Assembly (NCBI RefSeq): GCF_006345805.1 | Contig: NC_043011.1 | Span: 58,664,464-58,728,463, forward strand | DNA from: Octopus sinensis | Lineage: Eukaryota | Length of the DNA stretch: 64,000 bases | Reading direction: 5' to 3' | In this document: positions 27,738 through 40,806 of the stretch, one piece after another | Layout: each line of letters starts with the position of its first letter | Numbering within the stretch: the first letter of the stretch is position 1 | Notes under the pieces: generated by a model | Databases searched by the model: none | Told to the model about the DNA's origin: nothing | The model's input: the letters and a program-made list of their open reading frames with translations, nothing else | Program-made: the position numbers and the translations under genes

Positions 27738-28309
27738 GTTGTCATCAATTAGGCTACAGTTAGCAAGCCTGGACTCACGCAAGACTCTAAGAATTCCAAC
27801 AAAACCCGATACAATCAAAACGGTTTAAGTGATGCATTTTCTGCATACCTTTTCCTAGATATTTGTTTTTTTAAATTTTAAATCTATTTTACTAATGAAA
27901 TATGTGACAGTAATATTTTTTGTTCGAACTCGTGTCTTCCACAAAACCAAAATGACTGAATAATCCATAGGGATAATGGAGCACTTCACCTTAACTTTCC
28001 GGTAAACCTTTCTAGAATTTTCTCCTCTTCTATCTTTTCTTTCATCCATCAGCCTACACATATGTACAATATAAACATCAATGTCATCGATCTCTCATGT
28101 CCTGAAGCGTATTCAAGGATTACTGGCGCCTGATTGTATCTCAATTGCTTCTACCTGCGACAATAAACGAAACACAAAAGAGTTGGATTCGAGTTGAATT
28201 TAGAACGGCGAGAGCAGATTCGGTTTCATGAGTTAATATTTGCTCTATACAACTTACTATACAACTTAAACAACTGCCCCCTCTCATTACAGCAATGATA
28301 TCGATATTA

Positions 28310-28448
28310 GCTGCTATCAATACCACCGACATAATCATCAACAAAGCTACCGCCACTACCACCACCACTAGCTTAACCGTCACCGTCACCGCTACCGCCA
28401 CCGCCGACACCACAGCAAACGACAACAACAACAATAACAACAATAATG

Positions 28449-28485
<37 letters not shown>

Positions 28486-28532
28486 TAATAACAATAATAA
28501 TGATAATGATAATAATAATGATGATGATGATG

Positions 28533-28591
<59 letters not shown>

Positions 28592-28678
28592 TACAACAAC
28601 AACAATAATAATAATAACAATAATAATGATAATAATAATAATAATAGTAATAATAATAATAATAATAATAACAACAAT
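28310..28678. repeat. (CAC/CCG)-rich then (AAT/AAC/GAT)n trinucleotide array
   Basis: Directly visible. Confidence 0.9.
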
Positions 28679-28685
28679 GGTGCTA

Positions 28686-28830
28686 AATTGTAGCACAAGG
28701 CCAGCAATTTTGTGGAAGGGTGTAGCTGGATTACATCGACAACAATATTCAACTTCTACTTATTCTATCGAACCAGAAACTGAAATGCATGGTCGTTCAC
28801 CTCCAGCGGATATTGAACTCGGACAAAATA
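28686..28830 (-). mobile_element. Decayed SINE family A
   Basis: gcacaaggccagcaatttt tail and gattacatcgac block. Confidence 0.5.
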
Positions 28831-29573
28831 TGACGCTGCTGTGCTACAGTTGCAGAGAGAATATTATGAAAAGTAAGGGTTATACAGAGACAGAGAAAGA
28901 GATAGAGGGGAGAGAGAGAGAGAGAGAGTGAGAGGGAGAGAGAGAAAGAGTGAAAGAGAGAAAGAGAGAGTTAGAAACAGAGACAGAGACAGAGAGAGAA
29001 GACGTGGTACGAACCGACACTACAGAGACCTGTGAAATCACTTGGAATTTCCATTTCCCAATCCAAACGGATCAGGCGTTTGAGTATAACAATCCGGACC
29101 CAGTGATGGCGGACAAGGTGAAACATGCGCTCTATAATTGATGATGCGTGCCACTGTGACCCTTGGATAATTGAGAAAGAAGACGAAAAGATAAACCTAT
29201 ATAATCTTTTTAAATACGAGATAGCTCGACGGTGGAAAATGAAAAATGTGAAAATAGAGCCAATTTAATTTAGGGTCTTGGGGAGAGTAATAGAAGGTAT
29301 TTAGACGATAACAAAGGAAATGAGAATAGAGTGACCTGGATGGGCTTTTACAAAAAATGGCCCCCGAGATGTGTCCAAAATCATCAAGAGAATATTCGAT
29401 AGCTGCTGACAACAGATAACATGGTATCCTAGGCTGCAGGTTGCAAGGCTGCGACTCATACAAGGCTTCAGTAATTTCAATAAAACCAGTGTTACTTGAA
29501 TAATAATTATATTAAGAATAACGATGTTGATGATGATGATGATGATAATAATAATAATAATAATAATAATAAT

Positions 29574-30082
29574 AGGTATAGGCACACACCAGAAAAGGTC
29601 ACAGAAAACGAGAAAGCAACCATACTCTGGGATATGCCGATACACACAGAGAGGGAAATTAAGGCCAACAGACCAGATATAGTTGTCAGAGATCATAAAG
29701 AAAAATGCTTTCTAATTGATGTATCAATACCAGCAGATGACAACGTGTCTCTAAAAGAAATGGAGAAACTTTCAAATTACAAAGACCTGGAATTAGAGGT
29801 AACTAGAATGTGGAAACTAAAAAAAGAAACAATTCCTATCATGGTAGGTGCATTAAGCATGATAAAAAAAATATTCAGACAAATACATACAAAAATACCA
29901 GGACTTACAAACACATATAACATACAGAAAATTGCACTACTAGGCACTGCACACATCCTACGCAGAACACTTTCAATACACTAACCATCAGAACACCACA
30001 ACAATTCACAACACATACCCAAGGCACATAGAGCTGCGCTCGGTAGTGAAGTGAAAACACGCTATAAAAATTAAACTACTGA
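29574..30082 (+). mobile_element. 5'-truncated R4/Dong-like non-LTR retrotransposon (restriction-like endonuclease domain plus 3' UTR) in (TAA)n
   Basis: Peptide ILWDMPIHTEREIKANRPDIVVRDHKEKCFLIDVSIPADDNVSLKEMEKLSNYKDLELEVTRMW...GTAHILRRTLS matches the RLE PD..D signature; both ends abut (AAT)n. Confidence 0.85.
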
Positions 30083-30102
30083 ATAATAATGATAATAATA
30101 GT

Positions 30103-30160
<58 letters not shown>

Positions 30161-30612
30161 AATGAGTTGGATAGTATGTCTTCTTCAAAGGAATCGAATT
30201 GATTCGAGAGCATGCTGTGCAAAAGTGGAAGATATGCCAGGCAGAATATATTTAGAATACGACCATCTTGATAAGTCTTGCATTAGCACGGTAAAAGGTT
30301 TGTTAATTAAATCATGACAATACATACAATGCAAATGGTCGTAAATAATACATGACATTTACAAGAGTGTAATTGCTGCGTAATATAAAGTTGATAACGA
30401 TTAGAATAACATCAAATAATGGTAATGATAATGATGATGATGATTACCATCATCAGTTTCAGGACAGAAGGAATCTTCTCATAATTTCATTATTATTTTC
30501 CTCGTCGTTGTTGTCATCGTTGTCGTCGTCGCCGTCGCCGTAGTTGTCATCATCGTCGTCGTCGTCATCATCATCATCATCATCATCATCATGAACATCC
30601 ACATGGTTATAC

Positions 30613-30844
30613 ATATTTCTTTACTACCCATAAGGGGCTAAACAGAGAGAGGACAAACAAGGACAGAGAAACGGATTAAGTCGATTACATTGACCCCAGT
30701 GCGAAACTGGTACTTAATTTATCGACCCCGAAAGGATGAAAGGCAATGTCGACCTCGGCCTAAATTGAACTCAGAACGTAGCGGCAGACGAAATATGGCT
30801 ACGCATTTCGCCCAGCGTGCTAACGTTTCTGCCAGCTCGCCGCC
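30613..30844 (-). mobile_element. SINE family A with 13-bp TSD
   Basis: Flanks cacatggttatac (30600-30612) and cacatgattatac (30849-30861). Confidence 0.9.
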
Positions 30845-31066
30845 TTATCACATGATTATACCGATGAGGATAATAATGTTGGTGACGTGCCTCACAGGAC
30901 TTTAAGATAATGATGAGTTTGAAAATGATGCAGTCATTTGCGATGTCTTACGGAAATCTTTTCGAAACAGACTGAGATTTTCCTCAGATATAGCGACTTT
31001 CAAAGAAAAGGGGAGATAATTCTAGACATAAATAATTCCGCAGAAAATTGAATGTTTATCATTATA

Positions 31067-31297
31067 TATTTCTTTACTATCCACAAGTGGCTAAACATAG
31101 AAGGGACAAATAAGGACAGACAAACAGATTAAGTCGATTACATCGACCCCAGTGCGTAACTTGTGTTTAATTTATCGACCTCGAAAGGATGAAAGGCAAA
31201 GTCGACCTCGGCGGAACTTGAACTCAGAACGTAACGGCAGACAAAATACGGCTGCGCATTTCGCCCGGCGTGCTAACGTTTCTGCCAGCTCGCCACC
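31067..31297 (-). mobile_element. SINE family A with 12-bp TSD
   Basis: gtttatcattat at 31054-31065 and 31304-31315. Confidence 0.92.
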
Positions 31298-31766
31298 TTA
31301 AAAGTTTATCATTATGGTACCAATCAAACTTTTGTTAGCAAGCAAACTAAAGGACAAAGAAGAGTTCTAATGTTATTGCAGGTTACCAAATGAAATATTC
31401 AATTCAAGCCTGCTTTCATCAGTAGACAGAGGTGGTTACAGGTAGAAGAGTCATTAGAAGTCATTTGTTCAATATCAGTTGCACACTTTGATAAGTTTAA
31501 TGAAGAGAAGGAACATAATTCAAATAACATCGTGGAATAAATGCACCGTGTTATTTGAATTCAGGTCAGTGTGATGTAGAATCAAAAATTCTACGTGAAT
31601 TGAAGTTATTCTGTCTTTGACAGATAGAAACGCGAATGTTGATTGATTCTAAAGCAAACAAACAAATAGAGACGTTTTTTAAAGAAATTAAACATTAATT
31701 CAACAGAAAAGTCATTAAAAAAATTATTCTGAAGAAATCTCATGTTATTGAACAGAAACTGGAAGT

Positions 31767-32140
31767 GGAGGCGCAATGGCCCAGTGGTTAGGGCAGCGGA
31801 CTCGCGGTCTGAGGATCACGGTTTCGATTCTCAGACTGGGCATTGTGTGTGTTTATTGAGCGAAAGCACCTCAAGCTCCACGAAGCTCCGACAGAGGGTG
31901 GTGGCGACCCCTGTTGAACTCTTTCGCTCCAACTTTCTCTCACTCTCTCTTCCTGTTTCTTATCCCCGACTTCCTACGCAACCGCTGAGCCTGGATGCGC
32001 ATTCATCCATCTGTCGATGCTCTCGGTGTCGGGGGTTGAGCTGCTTTCTCTTCTGCGGGTCTTACGAATAGCAAAGGACCACGTTTCGGACTTCTCCGAC
32101 TACATGAGACGAAGACAGCTTCACTCAACAGCAACAGCAG
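31767..32140 (+). mobile_element. tRNA-derived SINE (tRNA-Arg(TCG)-like head), family C
   Basis: tggcccagtggttagggcagcggacTCGcggtc...ggtttcgattc A/B boxes followed by a non-tRNA body and short cag repeats. Confidence 0.75.
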
Positions 32141-33159
32141 AAACTGGACAAGTATAGACATTGCGTTAAATATTTCTGGTCGCTAGAATTTCCATATTAA
32201 CAAAAGAAAAAGTATTGTGAAATATTAAGAAGTAAATGTGGTATATAATCATGGATAACATTGCAGGTGTAGTGCATGAATAGAAATTACTAATTTTAAC
32301 ATCCACATACATTAGACGACACAACTAAAAACAATTTCAGAACAATTTCGAAGACATCGACCTGATGAAATTATTAATAATCCGTAAACCTCTCAGTCAT
32401 ATGATGCAAAGACATTAATAGTGTCCTCACATTACATTTGAATGAAGACCTCCATATTTTTTGAATAATTGAATGATTTTTGAAGGCGAAAATAATCATA
32501 TAAAAACTAATCAAAATCAGGAGTGAATTACTGAATCACATTCAGGAGGTTTGGTTGAATTCATCATAACAATCATATCGTCTTTCAATTCTCCAATATT
32601 TATCTAAGTGACAAATTTATTGAAGTGAAATATCCTGCCACTATTCTTTGTAACTCTTTGGATTGTTCCACCAATCCAATTGACTGTTTCACTGTCATCC
32701 ATTTACCTGTCAAATCTCTTCACAATTTCTCACCACAATCACAACTGTCTTCAGTCATCCAAGCATTTATACTACAACCATTCCTCAAACCATACTCAAT
32801 CAAGATGGATCCCATAGGTGAAACTTGTGGAATCAGCGTTCGACGTTATTCTGCATTTACCCCAATTAGTGACTAGTCCAACTGAAATTCTTCACAGGGT
32901 TTACGAATAAACCATTCCTAATATAGCAAATAATATATTTACAGACGTTAATAAGTGATTTACAACATATCCAGCATTAAGAGAATTATCAAGACACCCT
33001 GAGAGAAACAAAGCTGTCGATTGTTTTGTTACTGTGGATTGTATAGTACCTCGTCGGTGTTGACTTGGGCTACTTAAATAGGAATCAATAACTAATAACA
33101 CCTAATAGCATCATACACATACAAACACATGTTTGACATCAGCAAAGACTAATTAAAAG

Positions 33160-33438
33160 GATCACTCCCGCCGGTTACGACGACGGGAATCCCAGCTGAT
33201 ACGATCAACCTAACATCTTGCCTGTTAAATTAACGTGCAAGTGGCTGAGCACTCCACAGACGCGTGTAGCGTTAACGTAGTTCCCAGGGAGATTCAGCGT
33301 GACAAGGCTGGCCCTTTTAAATTCAGGAACAAGTCATTTTCTCCAGCTGAGTGGACTGGAGCAACGTGAAATAAGGTGCCTTGCTCAAGGATCGCCGGGA
33401 ATTGAACTCACGACCTTACAATCGTGCCACACGCCTCA
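33160..33438 (-). mobile_element. CORE-type SINE (family D), partial head
   Basis: Minus strand gtgagttcaattccc B-box, tccttgagcaaggcaccttatttcacgttgctccagtccactcagc CORE-like block, gtgctcagccacttgcacgttaattt tail. Confidence 0.8.
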
Positions 33439-33555
33439 CAAAGACTAGCTACTAGACTACTGACAATCTAATATGTTATCATCACTAATTTTTGTTTCTT
33501 CAACTGCTTTAACGTTTCAATGTAAATAGCAACAATATATACTTCACTACAGCAA

Positions 33556-33776
33556 GGCGGCGAGCTGGCAGAAACGTTAGCACGCCGGGCGAAATGCGTA
33601 GCCCTCTTTCGTATGCCGTTACGTTCCGAGTTCAATTCCGCCGAGGTCGTCTTTGCCTTTCATCCTTTCGGGGTCGATAATTTAAGTACCAGTTACGCAC
33701 TGGGGTCGATGTAATCCATTTGTCTGTCCTTGTTCGTCTCCTCTGTGTTTAGCCCCTTATGGGTAATAAAGAAATA
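33556..33776 (+). mobile_element. SINE family A with 20-bp TSD
   Basis: atatatacttcactacagca (33535-33554) and atatatacttcacttcagca (33776-33795). Confidence 0.92.
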
Positions 33777-34315
33777 TATATACTTCACTTCAGCATGCTA
33801 ACGCCCACCCTATTAATAGCTTGTAAGCTGTAGGTGCCCATGGGTGTTACTTCTACACGTGCCATTCTAAGTTATTACGGCATTTTAGGTTCACATATTA
33901 CATACCTAGATATACTTTACTAGGGATCTAAGATTTCCTGTAACTGTAGGGTTATATCAAATTGCTGAAGCCCGAAAATATTAAATATCTCTGGCGTCTT
34001 CCTCTTTCTGCTACACATGAGATTTACTCCAATATTTAATTTTCTAATCTTTCATTTCCTCTTACAATAAATGTGCGATTTTCTTCTCTTTTTTGTTTTG
34101 AACAGAAATAATTATTCTGTAACTTTCATTAGCAAGACTAATTAGTAACTTTATTTAAGTCTACAGCATCAAGTAATATAGCATCTACAATTCTGTTGAA
34201 TATATTTCTAACAATAATATTGGACTAATATTAGTTAACACAAAGAATATTAATGTGAAACACCAACTGCAACATGACAAACATGTTGTTCACAACTATT
34301 TTATTATCATTATTA

Positions 34316-34506
34316 TTCAGTAGTTTTATTTTTATAACGTGCTTTCACTTCACTACCGAGCGCAGCTCTGTGTGCCTTGGGTATGTGTTGTGAATTGTTG
34401 TAGTGTTCTGATGGTTACTGTATTGAAAGTGTTCTGCGTAGGATGTGCACAGTGCCTAGTAGTGCAATTTTCTGTATGTTATCTGTGTTTGTAAGTACTG
34501 GTGTTT
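34316..34506 (-). mobile_element. Second, shorter R4/Dong-like 3' end in (TAA)n
   Basis: Reverse complement of ~29890-30082 (NIQKIALLGTVHILRRTLSIQ plus the same 3' UTR), flanked by (TTA)n. Confidence 0.85.
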
Positions 34507-34520
34507 TATTATTATTATTA

Positions 34521-34578
<58 letters not shown>

Positions 34579-34590
34579 TACCATTATTAC

Positions 34591-34629
<39 letters not shown>

Positions 34630-35516
34630 TGAACACAAGGAGCCTACTTGATAAGTTGTACATCATTCTTTGCAGGGAAAAAGTATCATGCATGCATATG
34701 TACTCGATTCGCGCATAGACATACGTACACACTAACTTCTAAAATCACAAATGCATTCATATACGCATACATTAAAATACTTCCCACGAATTTACTTTCA
34801 TTGCTTGAGGGTAAAAAATAATTTAAAAACAAATGATAAATATTTTTGGAAAGAGACAAACTGTTATCAGTACCTATCAAGAGATAATATAAAGCCCAAG
34901 GCCAGAATTCTTTGTTAATAATTGCCAAAAGTATGACACACACGAAACCAATTTTCACATACTGTAAACTAGTAAAAGAACGCTAATATACATACATTAT
35001 AACATAACCAGAACACAACCTCTTCCTTATTATATGTATATATACAACACCCAATCTTAAACATGTATTGAATACACAAATGACCTAATTACAACATTCA
35101 AAACTATTCCAGCAGACTGACACAAAAGTGGTTTCATCATTTTGCTGTTTAGCAGAATGTTTTTCCCAGTTATGTTATACACTGAAGCGCAAAAGTTATT
35201 TTTAAAATATCTTTTTTTTATATGGTAAATTCGGAATTTCGAAGATGTATGTGTCAATATTTAAAGACATGCTGGTTTATTGTTGAGACCCAAATTGCAC
35301 ATAACCTTTCAACTTTCCCTGAAGCGAGATGCCAAAACGCAGCTGCGTTGAATGCCGTGGGTAGCTGTTGAAAACAATTTTGGTATAAAAATGAACTTTG
35401 ATTGCGTTAGAGGTATTCGTATTTTGGACGCATCAGGCATAATCGGATTGAGAGCAGGGCAGAGAGACCAAGCTATCGATGGATTGCAAGCAGGGCAGTG
35501 TACCATGGTTATTGCG

Positions 35517-35583
<67 letters not shown>

Positions 35584-35717
35584 ATATATATGTGTGTGTG
35601 TATATATATATATATTATATATATATATTATATATATATATGTATATATATATGTATATATATATGTATGTGTATATATATATATATTATATATATATAT
35701 ATATATATCTCTCTCTC

Positions 35718-35748
<31 letters not shown>

Positions 35749-35765
35749 GTATATATATATATATG

Positions 35766-35803
<38 letters not shown>

Positions 35804-35972
35804 ACATAAGGGATATTAGCCATTTGCATGTGGCTAGGGACAGGGCAGGGCGGTGGGGGTCTTACTGATGCATTTAGCCCCAGGCGATCATCAACGTCAC
35901 CAGATAGGCTGACACCATCACGGTGTCCTCTATCCTGCAAAGGGAGATCATTCCCCGAAGAAGCGGATGCCA

Positions 35973-36017
35973 CATACGGACCCAGGTTTCAAGGTATTTG
36001 CCTATCGTCAACGTATG
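35973..36017 (-). ncRNA. Minimal type I hammerhead motif, U3.G8 variant (left arm)
   Basis: Exact reverse complement of 36216-36260. Confidence 0.6.
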
Positions 36018-36215
36018 GCAGGCACCGCTCCTCGACGAACAACTCCCTGTGCAGGATATTTATATATAGATTTTCACGTAAATACATTTACTGATTTCGA
36101 AAATCTGTTCGACAGCAATAATAATTCTCTAAACGAGATATAGACAGATATTTACGTGAAAATCTATATATAAATATCCTGCACAGGGAGTTGTTCGTCG
36201 CGGAGCGGTGCCTGC

Positions 36216-36260
36216 CATACGTTGACGATAGGCAAATACCTTGAAACCTGGGTCCGTATG
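36216..36260 (+). ncRNA. Minimal type I hammerhead motif, U3.G8 variant (right arm)
   Basis: cauacg UUGACGA u-agg-caaaua-ccu-u GAAAC cugg GUC cguaug; 6-bp helix I. Confidence 0.6.
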
Positions 36261-36474
36261 TGGCATCCGCTTCTTCGGGGAATGATCTCCCTTTGCAGGA
36301 TAGAGGACACCGTGATGGTGTTAGCCTATCTGGTGACGTTGATGATCGCCTGGGGCTAAATGCATCAGTAACATCCCCACCGCCCTGCCCTGTCCCAAGG
36401 CACATTCAAATGGCTAATGTCCCTTATGTGATGGAGCAGTTACTGTCTATATCTCGTTTAGAGAATTATTATTG

Positions 36475-36530
<56 letters not shown>

Positions 36531-36974
36531 ATATACATGTATATATATACAATGATGAATCGTAAAAGGTAAACTTTGCCTAAACAGCTGTGCATGGTTT
36601 ATGAATTACAATGGTGTCATCACTTATATTGCTTGTATATTTTTGTTCTTAGATTTTCGTATATCTATTAATGCCCTTGCTTCGGTACTGCGTATACATT
36701 TATGGATCCGAACCAAGTGATTCAAACATTAATATCCTTGTACTTTCATAATTTCTTCCCCACTTTCTGATTAATATTTGAGTCAGAAGTGACCAGCATA
36801 TCTATCAGTGTACAGATATTTTTTTCTTTAACTGATTTTAATATATATTCACAGTCTGCCATTATCCCTTTGATAATGCGCTCAAACAGCCTGTCAAGAT
36901 GGCGGCTTCATATTGCTTACTCCCTGCAGCTATTGAATTCAGTATTTCCCAGACTTATCTCGGGTATTATTTAT

Positions 36975-37363
36975 TCCTTTCTTTTATTCTTTTATTTGTT
37001 TGAGTCATTGGACTGTGGCGATGCTGGAGCACCGCCTTTAGTCGAACAAATCGACCCCAGAACTTATTCTTTGTAAGTCTAGTACTTATTCTATCGGTCT
37101 CTTTGCCGAACCGCTAAGTTAACCGGACGTAAACACACCAGCATCGGTTGTCAAGCGATGGTGGGGAGACAAACACAGACACACAAACACACACACACAT
37201 ACGACGGGCATTTTTCAGTATCCGTCTACGAAATCCACTCACAAGGATTTGGTCGCCCCGAGGCTATAGTACAAGACACTTGCTCATGATGCCACGCAGT
37301 GGGACTGAACCCGAAACTATGTGCTTGGTAAGCAAGCTACTTACCACACAGCCACACTTGCAC
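36975..37363 (-). mobile_element. SINE family B
   Basis: Reverse complement of the family B sequence. Confidence 0.88.
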
Positions 37364-37749
37364 CTATACTTACCACACAGCCACGCCTGCGCCTATACTT
37401 GCCACACAGCCACACCTGCGCCTATACTTACCACACATCCACCCCTGCGCCTATACTTACCACACAGCCACGCCTGCGCCTATACTTACCTATTTCTTTA
37501 TTACCCACAAGGGGCTAAACATAGAAGGAACAAACAAGGACAGACATAGGTATTAAGTCGATTACTTCGACCCCAGTGCTTAACTGGTACTTAATTTATC
37601 AACCCCGAATGGATGAAAGGTAAAGTCGACCTCGGCGGAATTTGAACTCACAACGTAACGACAGACGAAATACCGCTAAGTATTTCGCCCGACGTGCTAA
37701 CGTTTCTGCCAACTCTCCGCCTATACTTACCGCACTACCACACTTGCGT
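37364..37749 (-). repeat. 29-bp tandem array of the SINE-B 5' end, interrupted by a SINE A
   Basis: Unit ctatacttaccacacagccacgcctgcgc at 37364, 37393, 37422, 37451; fifth unit split at 37490/37721. Confidence 0.85.
37491..37720 (-). mobile_element. SINE family A with TSD ctatacttacc
   Basis: ctatacttacc at 37480-37490 and 37721-37731. Confidence 0.9.
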
Positions 37750-38734
37750 CTATATCTGGACATCTATGAATTTAATTGTTCTGGAACAGCCAATATGCTA
37801 ATATCTCAACCTTATTTTATGATGCACGTCCATAGTGAGTGCATTTCGCACGGGCAAAGAACCAAACATTGTGGGTCGGATTATATTAGTTTTATTGTTG
37901 AACAGAGTTTCAATGAATATTGCTGAATTTACAATTGGTTTCATTTTATTTTCAGTAGGTTCGATTACCATTTTGAGAAAGTGATTCTAAATTTTTGTTC
38001 ATACTCAGAACATCTGTATCTTAAGCCATTTGTTTGGTGTCAAATTAGAGTTTCTTCAGAATATTTACAAATATCTAAATTCTTGTGGATATGTCACCTC
38101 CTACGTATAGAGTGTGTATGTTTGTTTTTAATTAAATGAGGGAGAACTGCTGCCAATAAATTTGTAAGATCTTTGATGTTGTTGCAAAGAGAAGAGGAAT
38201 AATTACCGAAACAACTATTAGGAACAGAAGAAGCCTTTCCAACGAGTGTTAATTAACAGATGCAAACTAAATTGGATGGTTTATTATAACGCCTAGGACT
38301 AGAGTAAACATCTAGCAAAAATCACCTTGTGTTTTCGACAAATGCTCAGAGGCACAGATATACACTAACCACCAGGTTTCTATGATATCAGCTGTTGCTA
38401 AATTATATTGCTTTACCTGATTTTCGGTCTGGCAGATGGTGTTTTGCTGTCTGTTGCTGAAGATACGTAATATGGTGGAACCACGTGTTACGACAACGTC
38501 ATCCGCTGGTGATGGCGAAATATCGTCAACCAATATATTTAGCGTTTTTTTTTTTTTGCATTCGTTGTCTACACAAAATTATCTCCCGGGACATTTACCG
38601 CTGTCCTAGAGATTATAAACTACAAATCGAAGTTAATTTGTTTGTGCTAATATATGTGTGGTTGTCTGTGCCTGTTTGTTTATGTATGTATATATATATA
38701 TATATATATATGATTTATATTATATTCAAAACGA

Positions 38735-38870
38735 AAAATGGAAAGAACGTAGCAGGCGACAGCAAAACATTCATACACGGAGAGGATACAAAAGGGACAG
38801 GAAAAAACAAGGACGGGTCATTCGGAGCTTTCAATCATTAGTCGAGAAGCAGATCATTTTTGCAGTTTTG
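38735..38870. repeat. (TA)n-flanked interspersed repeat related to 10505-10635
   Basis: aaggacgggtcattcg shared. Confidence 0.55.
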
Positions 38871-39419
38871 GCCAGTTAATCTCAAGACTGCTCTAATGTG
38901 GCCGGCCACAAGAAAATCTAAGCTAAGAGCACTAGGTTATTTGGAAGGAAACAAGCGAATGTATACGAAAACGAGGACGGAGAAATGGTACATAATTACA
39001 AATACAAAAAGAAAAACTGGACATTAACAAGTGTCTTTCGAGCAAGGACAAATTAAATTAAGCTGTCGTGTGTGGAAGAGGGCTTTACAGAGGGAACAAA
39101 TAAGGTGAAAGTCGTGAGAAGAAATACAAGGGATGCTACACGTATGGTAGTCGAACAAAAGAAGATAGGTCAGGCTTGGCGGAACACTGGTCACGTTGAA
39201 GAAGGAGGTGGTGGGCAGGGCAGAGGGATTGAAGAATTGGGGTGGGACGAGAAAGTGATAAAAAAGTAAAGGGACAGTGTGGCGTAAAGGAGGAGGGTGA
39301 GTTATAGAATTGAAGGGAATGCCAAGAAATGACACATACATACATATATATATGTGTATGTATGTATGTATGTATGTATGTATGTATGTATTACATACAG
39401 GAGACCAAAACTGTACGTA

Positions 39420-39600
39420 TGTCGACGTCTTTTTCAGTTGAACCGATCAACGGAACACCTTGCTCATTAAATTTAGGTAGAAGTAGCTGAGCGTTCCACA
39501 AACACGGGTAACCTTAACGTACTTTTCAGGGAAATGCAGCGTGACACAGAATGTCACAGGGCTGGCCCTTTGAAATACAGGCACTACACATTTTTGCCAG
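39420..39600 (-). mobile_element. 3' part of SINE family D
   Basis: Homologous to 33170-33330 (gatcaac...gctgagc..tccaca...cagcgtgaca...ggctggccct). Confidence 0.7.
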
Positions 39601-39603
39601 AAA

Positions 39604-39684
<81 letters not shown>

Positions 39685-39685
<1 letters not shown>

Positions 39686-39931
39686 TTATTTTAAGAGCAG
39701 AAAATTCAACAAAGTCTGTTACTCTGAGTTTCTCGTTGCCGTTCATCAGACAGTTTTTGCTAGAATGGAACATATATATTAATTCAATCTATACTCTTAC
39801 AAACGCTACACCTTTAAAAAGAAATGGACTTGTTTGATTGGCCCTTTAGAAAAAATAAAGCATATTACTCTACCACTGGTATTTGAGTACTCTTTTTTCC
39901 ACCTTGTTTCACATTTATGTGTTTACTCCGG
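39685..39931. mobile_element. Second copy of the 17230 hammerhead element, different middle
   Basis: Both ends nearly identical to 17230-17305 and 17378-17457; (TA)n flanks. Confidence 0.8.
39716..39753 (-). ncRNA. Minimal type I hammerhead motif (same family as 17257)
   Basis: cugu CUGAUGA acggcaacga GAAAC ucaga GUA acag. Confidence 0.65.
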
Positions 39932-39933
39932 TC

Positions 39934-39972
<39 letters not shown>

Positions 39973-40585
39973 CTGTGTGTGTGTATTTATATGTATATAT
40001 ACATGTATATGGGTGTGGGTAGGCGTGTGTGTGTGAATGCGCTTACGCAGAAACACAACACGCACAAACAAACACACATATACACACACGTAGACGCATA
40101 CATGATGTAGTCACAAACTGTTGGGACCTGTTCTTAGTGTTACCTCCTTCATTATGTTAGGATGCCTTGTGAAATCATGTAAAAGCGATTTATATTTGTT
40201 GAATCATTAGGCGAAGGGGTTTCGCCGAGGACTTGCAGAAAGGTCGTGTTTCTTTCAGAAAGTCAAATATGACGAAATTAACTTTGCTTCATCTTTGTAT
40301 TTTGTTTGCAGGTTTCTTATTATGAATTCTTGTGCTGAAACCAAATTTGTGTCTACAGAGAAGGGCATTATGTAGAAAAGAATGAAAGAAAAAGGAGAGA
40401 AAAAACAAACACGCACTGGTTCATTATTTCCTCTTACTTTTTGGTACTCTGTTAAATATCTGGTTATAGAGTCGATTGGCAAAACCTGAAGTAGTGGTAC
40501 TAACATATTGTGTGTGTACATTTTTCTTGGCATAATGACCCTCCCTCGTCTACAGAAATGTGATGAATATATGTATATATATTTA

Positions 40586-40750
40586 GCGCGGCGAACTGGC
40601 AGAATCGTTAGAACGCCAGGCGAAATATTTAGCGGTATTTCGTCTACCCTTACTTTCTGAGTTCAAATTCCACTGAGATCGACTTTGCCTTTCATCCTTT
40701 CAGGGTCGATTAAATAAGTACGCACTGGGATCGATTAATCGACTTAATAC
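40586..40750 (+). mobile_element. SINE family A, 3'-truncated
   Basis: gaactggcagaatcgttag ... gagttcaaattcc ... gactttgcctttcatcctttc. Confidence 0.8.
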
Positions 40751-40806
40751 CTTTGTGTGTGTGTGTGTATGTGAGTGTGTGGTGGGGTATATATATATAT
40801 ATGTAT

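Larger units (their letters stand above)
35803..36476. mobile_element. (TA)n-embedded foldback element, 282-bp arms, with hammerhead motif in each arm
   Basis: Arms 35803-36084 and 36149-36430, about 8 mismatches by eye; extra 34-bp inverted pair 36114-36147 / 36443-36476. Confidence 0.8.

Noticed and set aside
31767-31840. tRNA-Arg gene
   Set aside because: No complete cloverleaf or acceptor stem; it continues into a repeat body, so it is a SINE head.
32575-32876. ~100-codon open frame on the plus strand
   Set aside because: No recognisable homology or splice support.
37364-37490. CRISPR-like array
   Set aside because: Direct head-to-tail repeats without spacers, derived from a SINE end in a eukaryotic context.
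39040-39335. Possible Penelope GIY-YIG fragment (CISSHDFHLICSLC on the minus strand)
   Set aside because: Resemblance is limited to a CxxC-like motif with no YIG or downstream motifs; it cannot be supported without a profile search.
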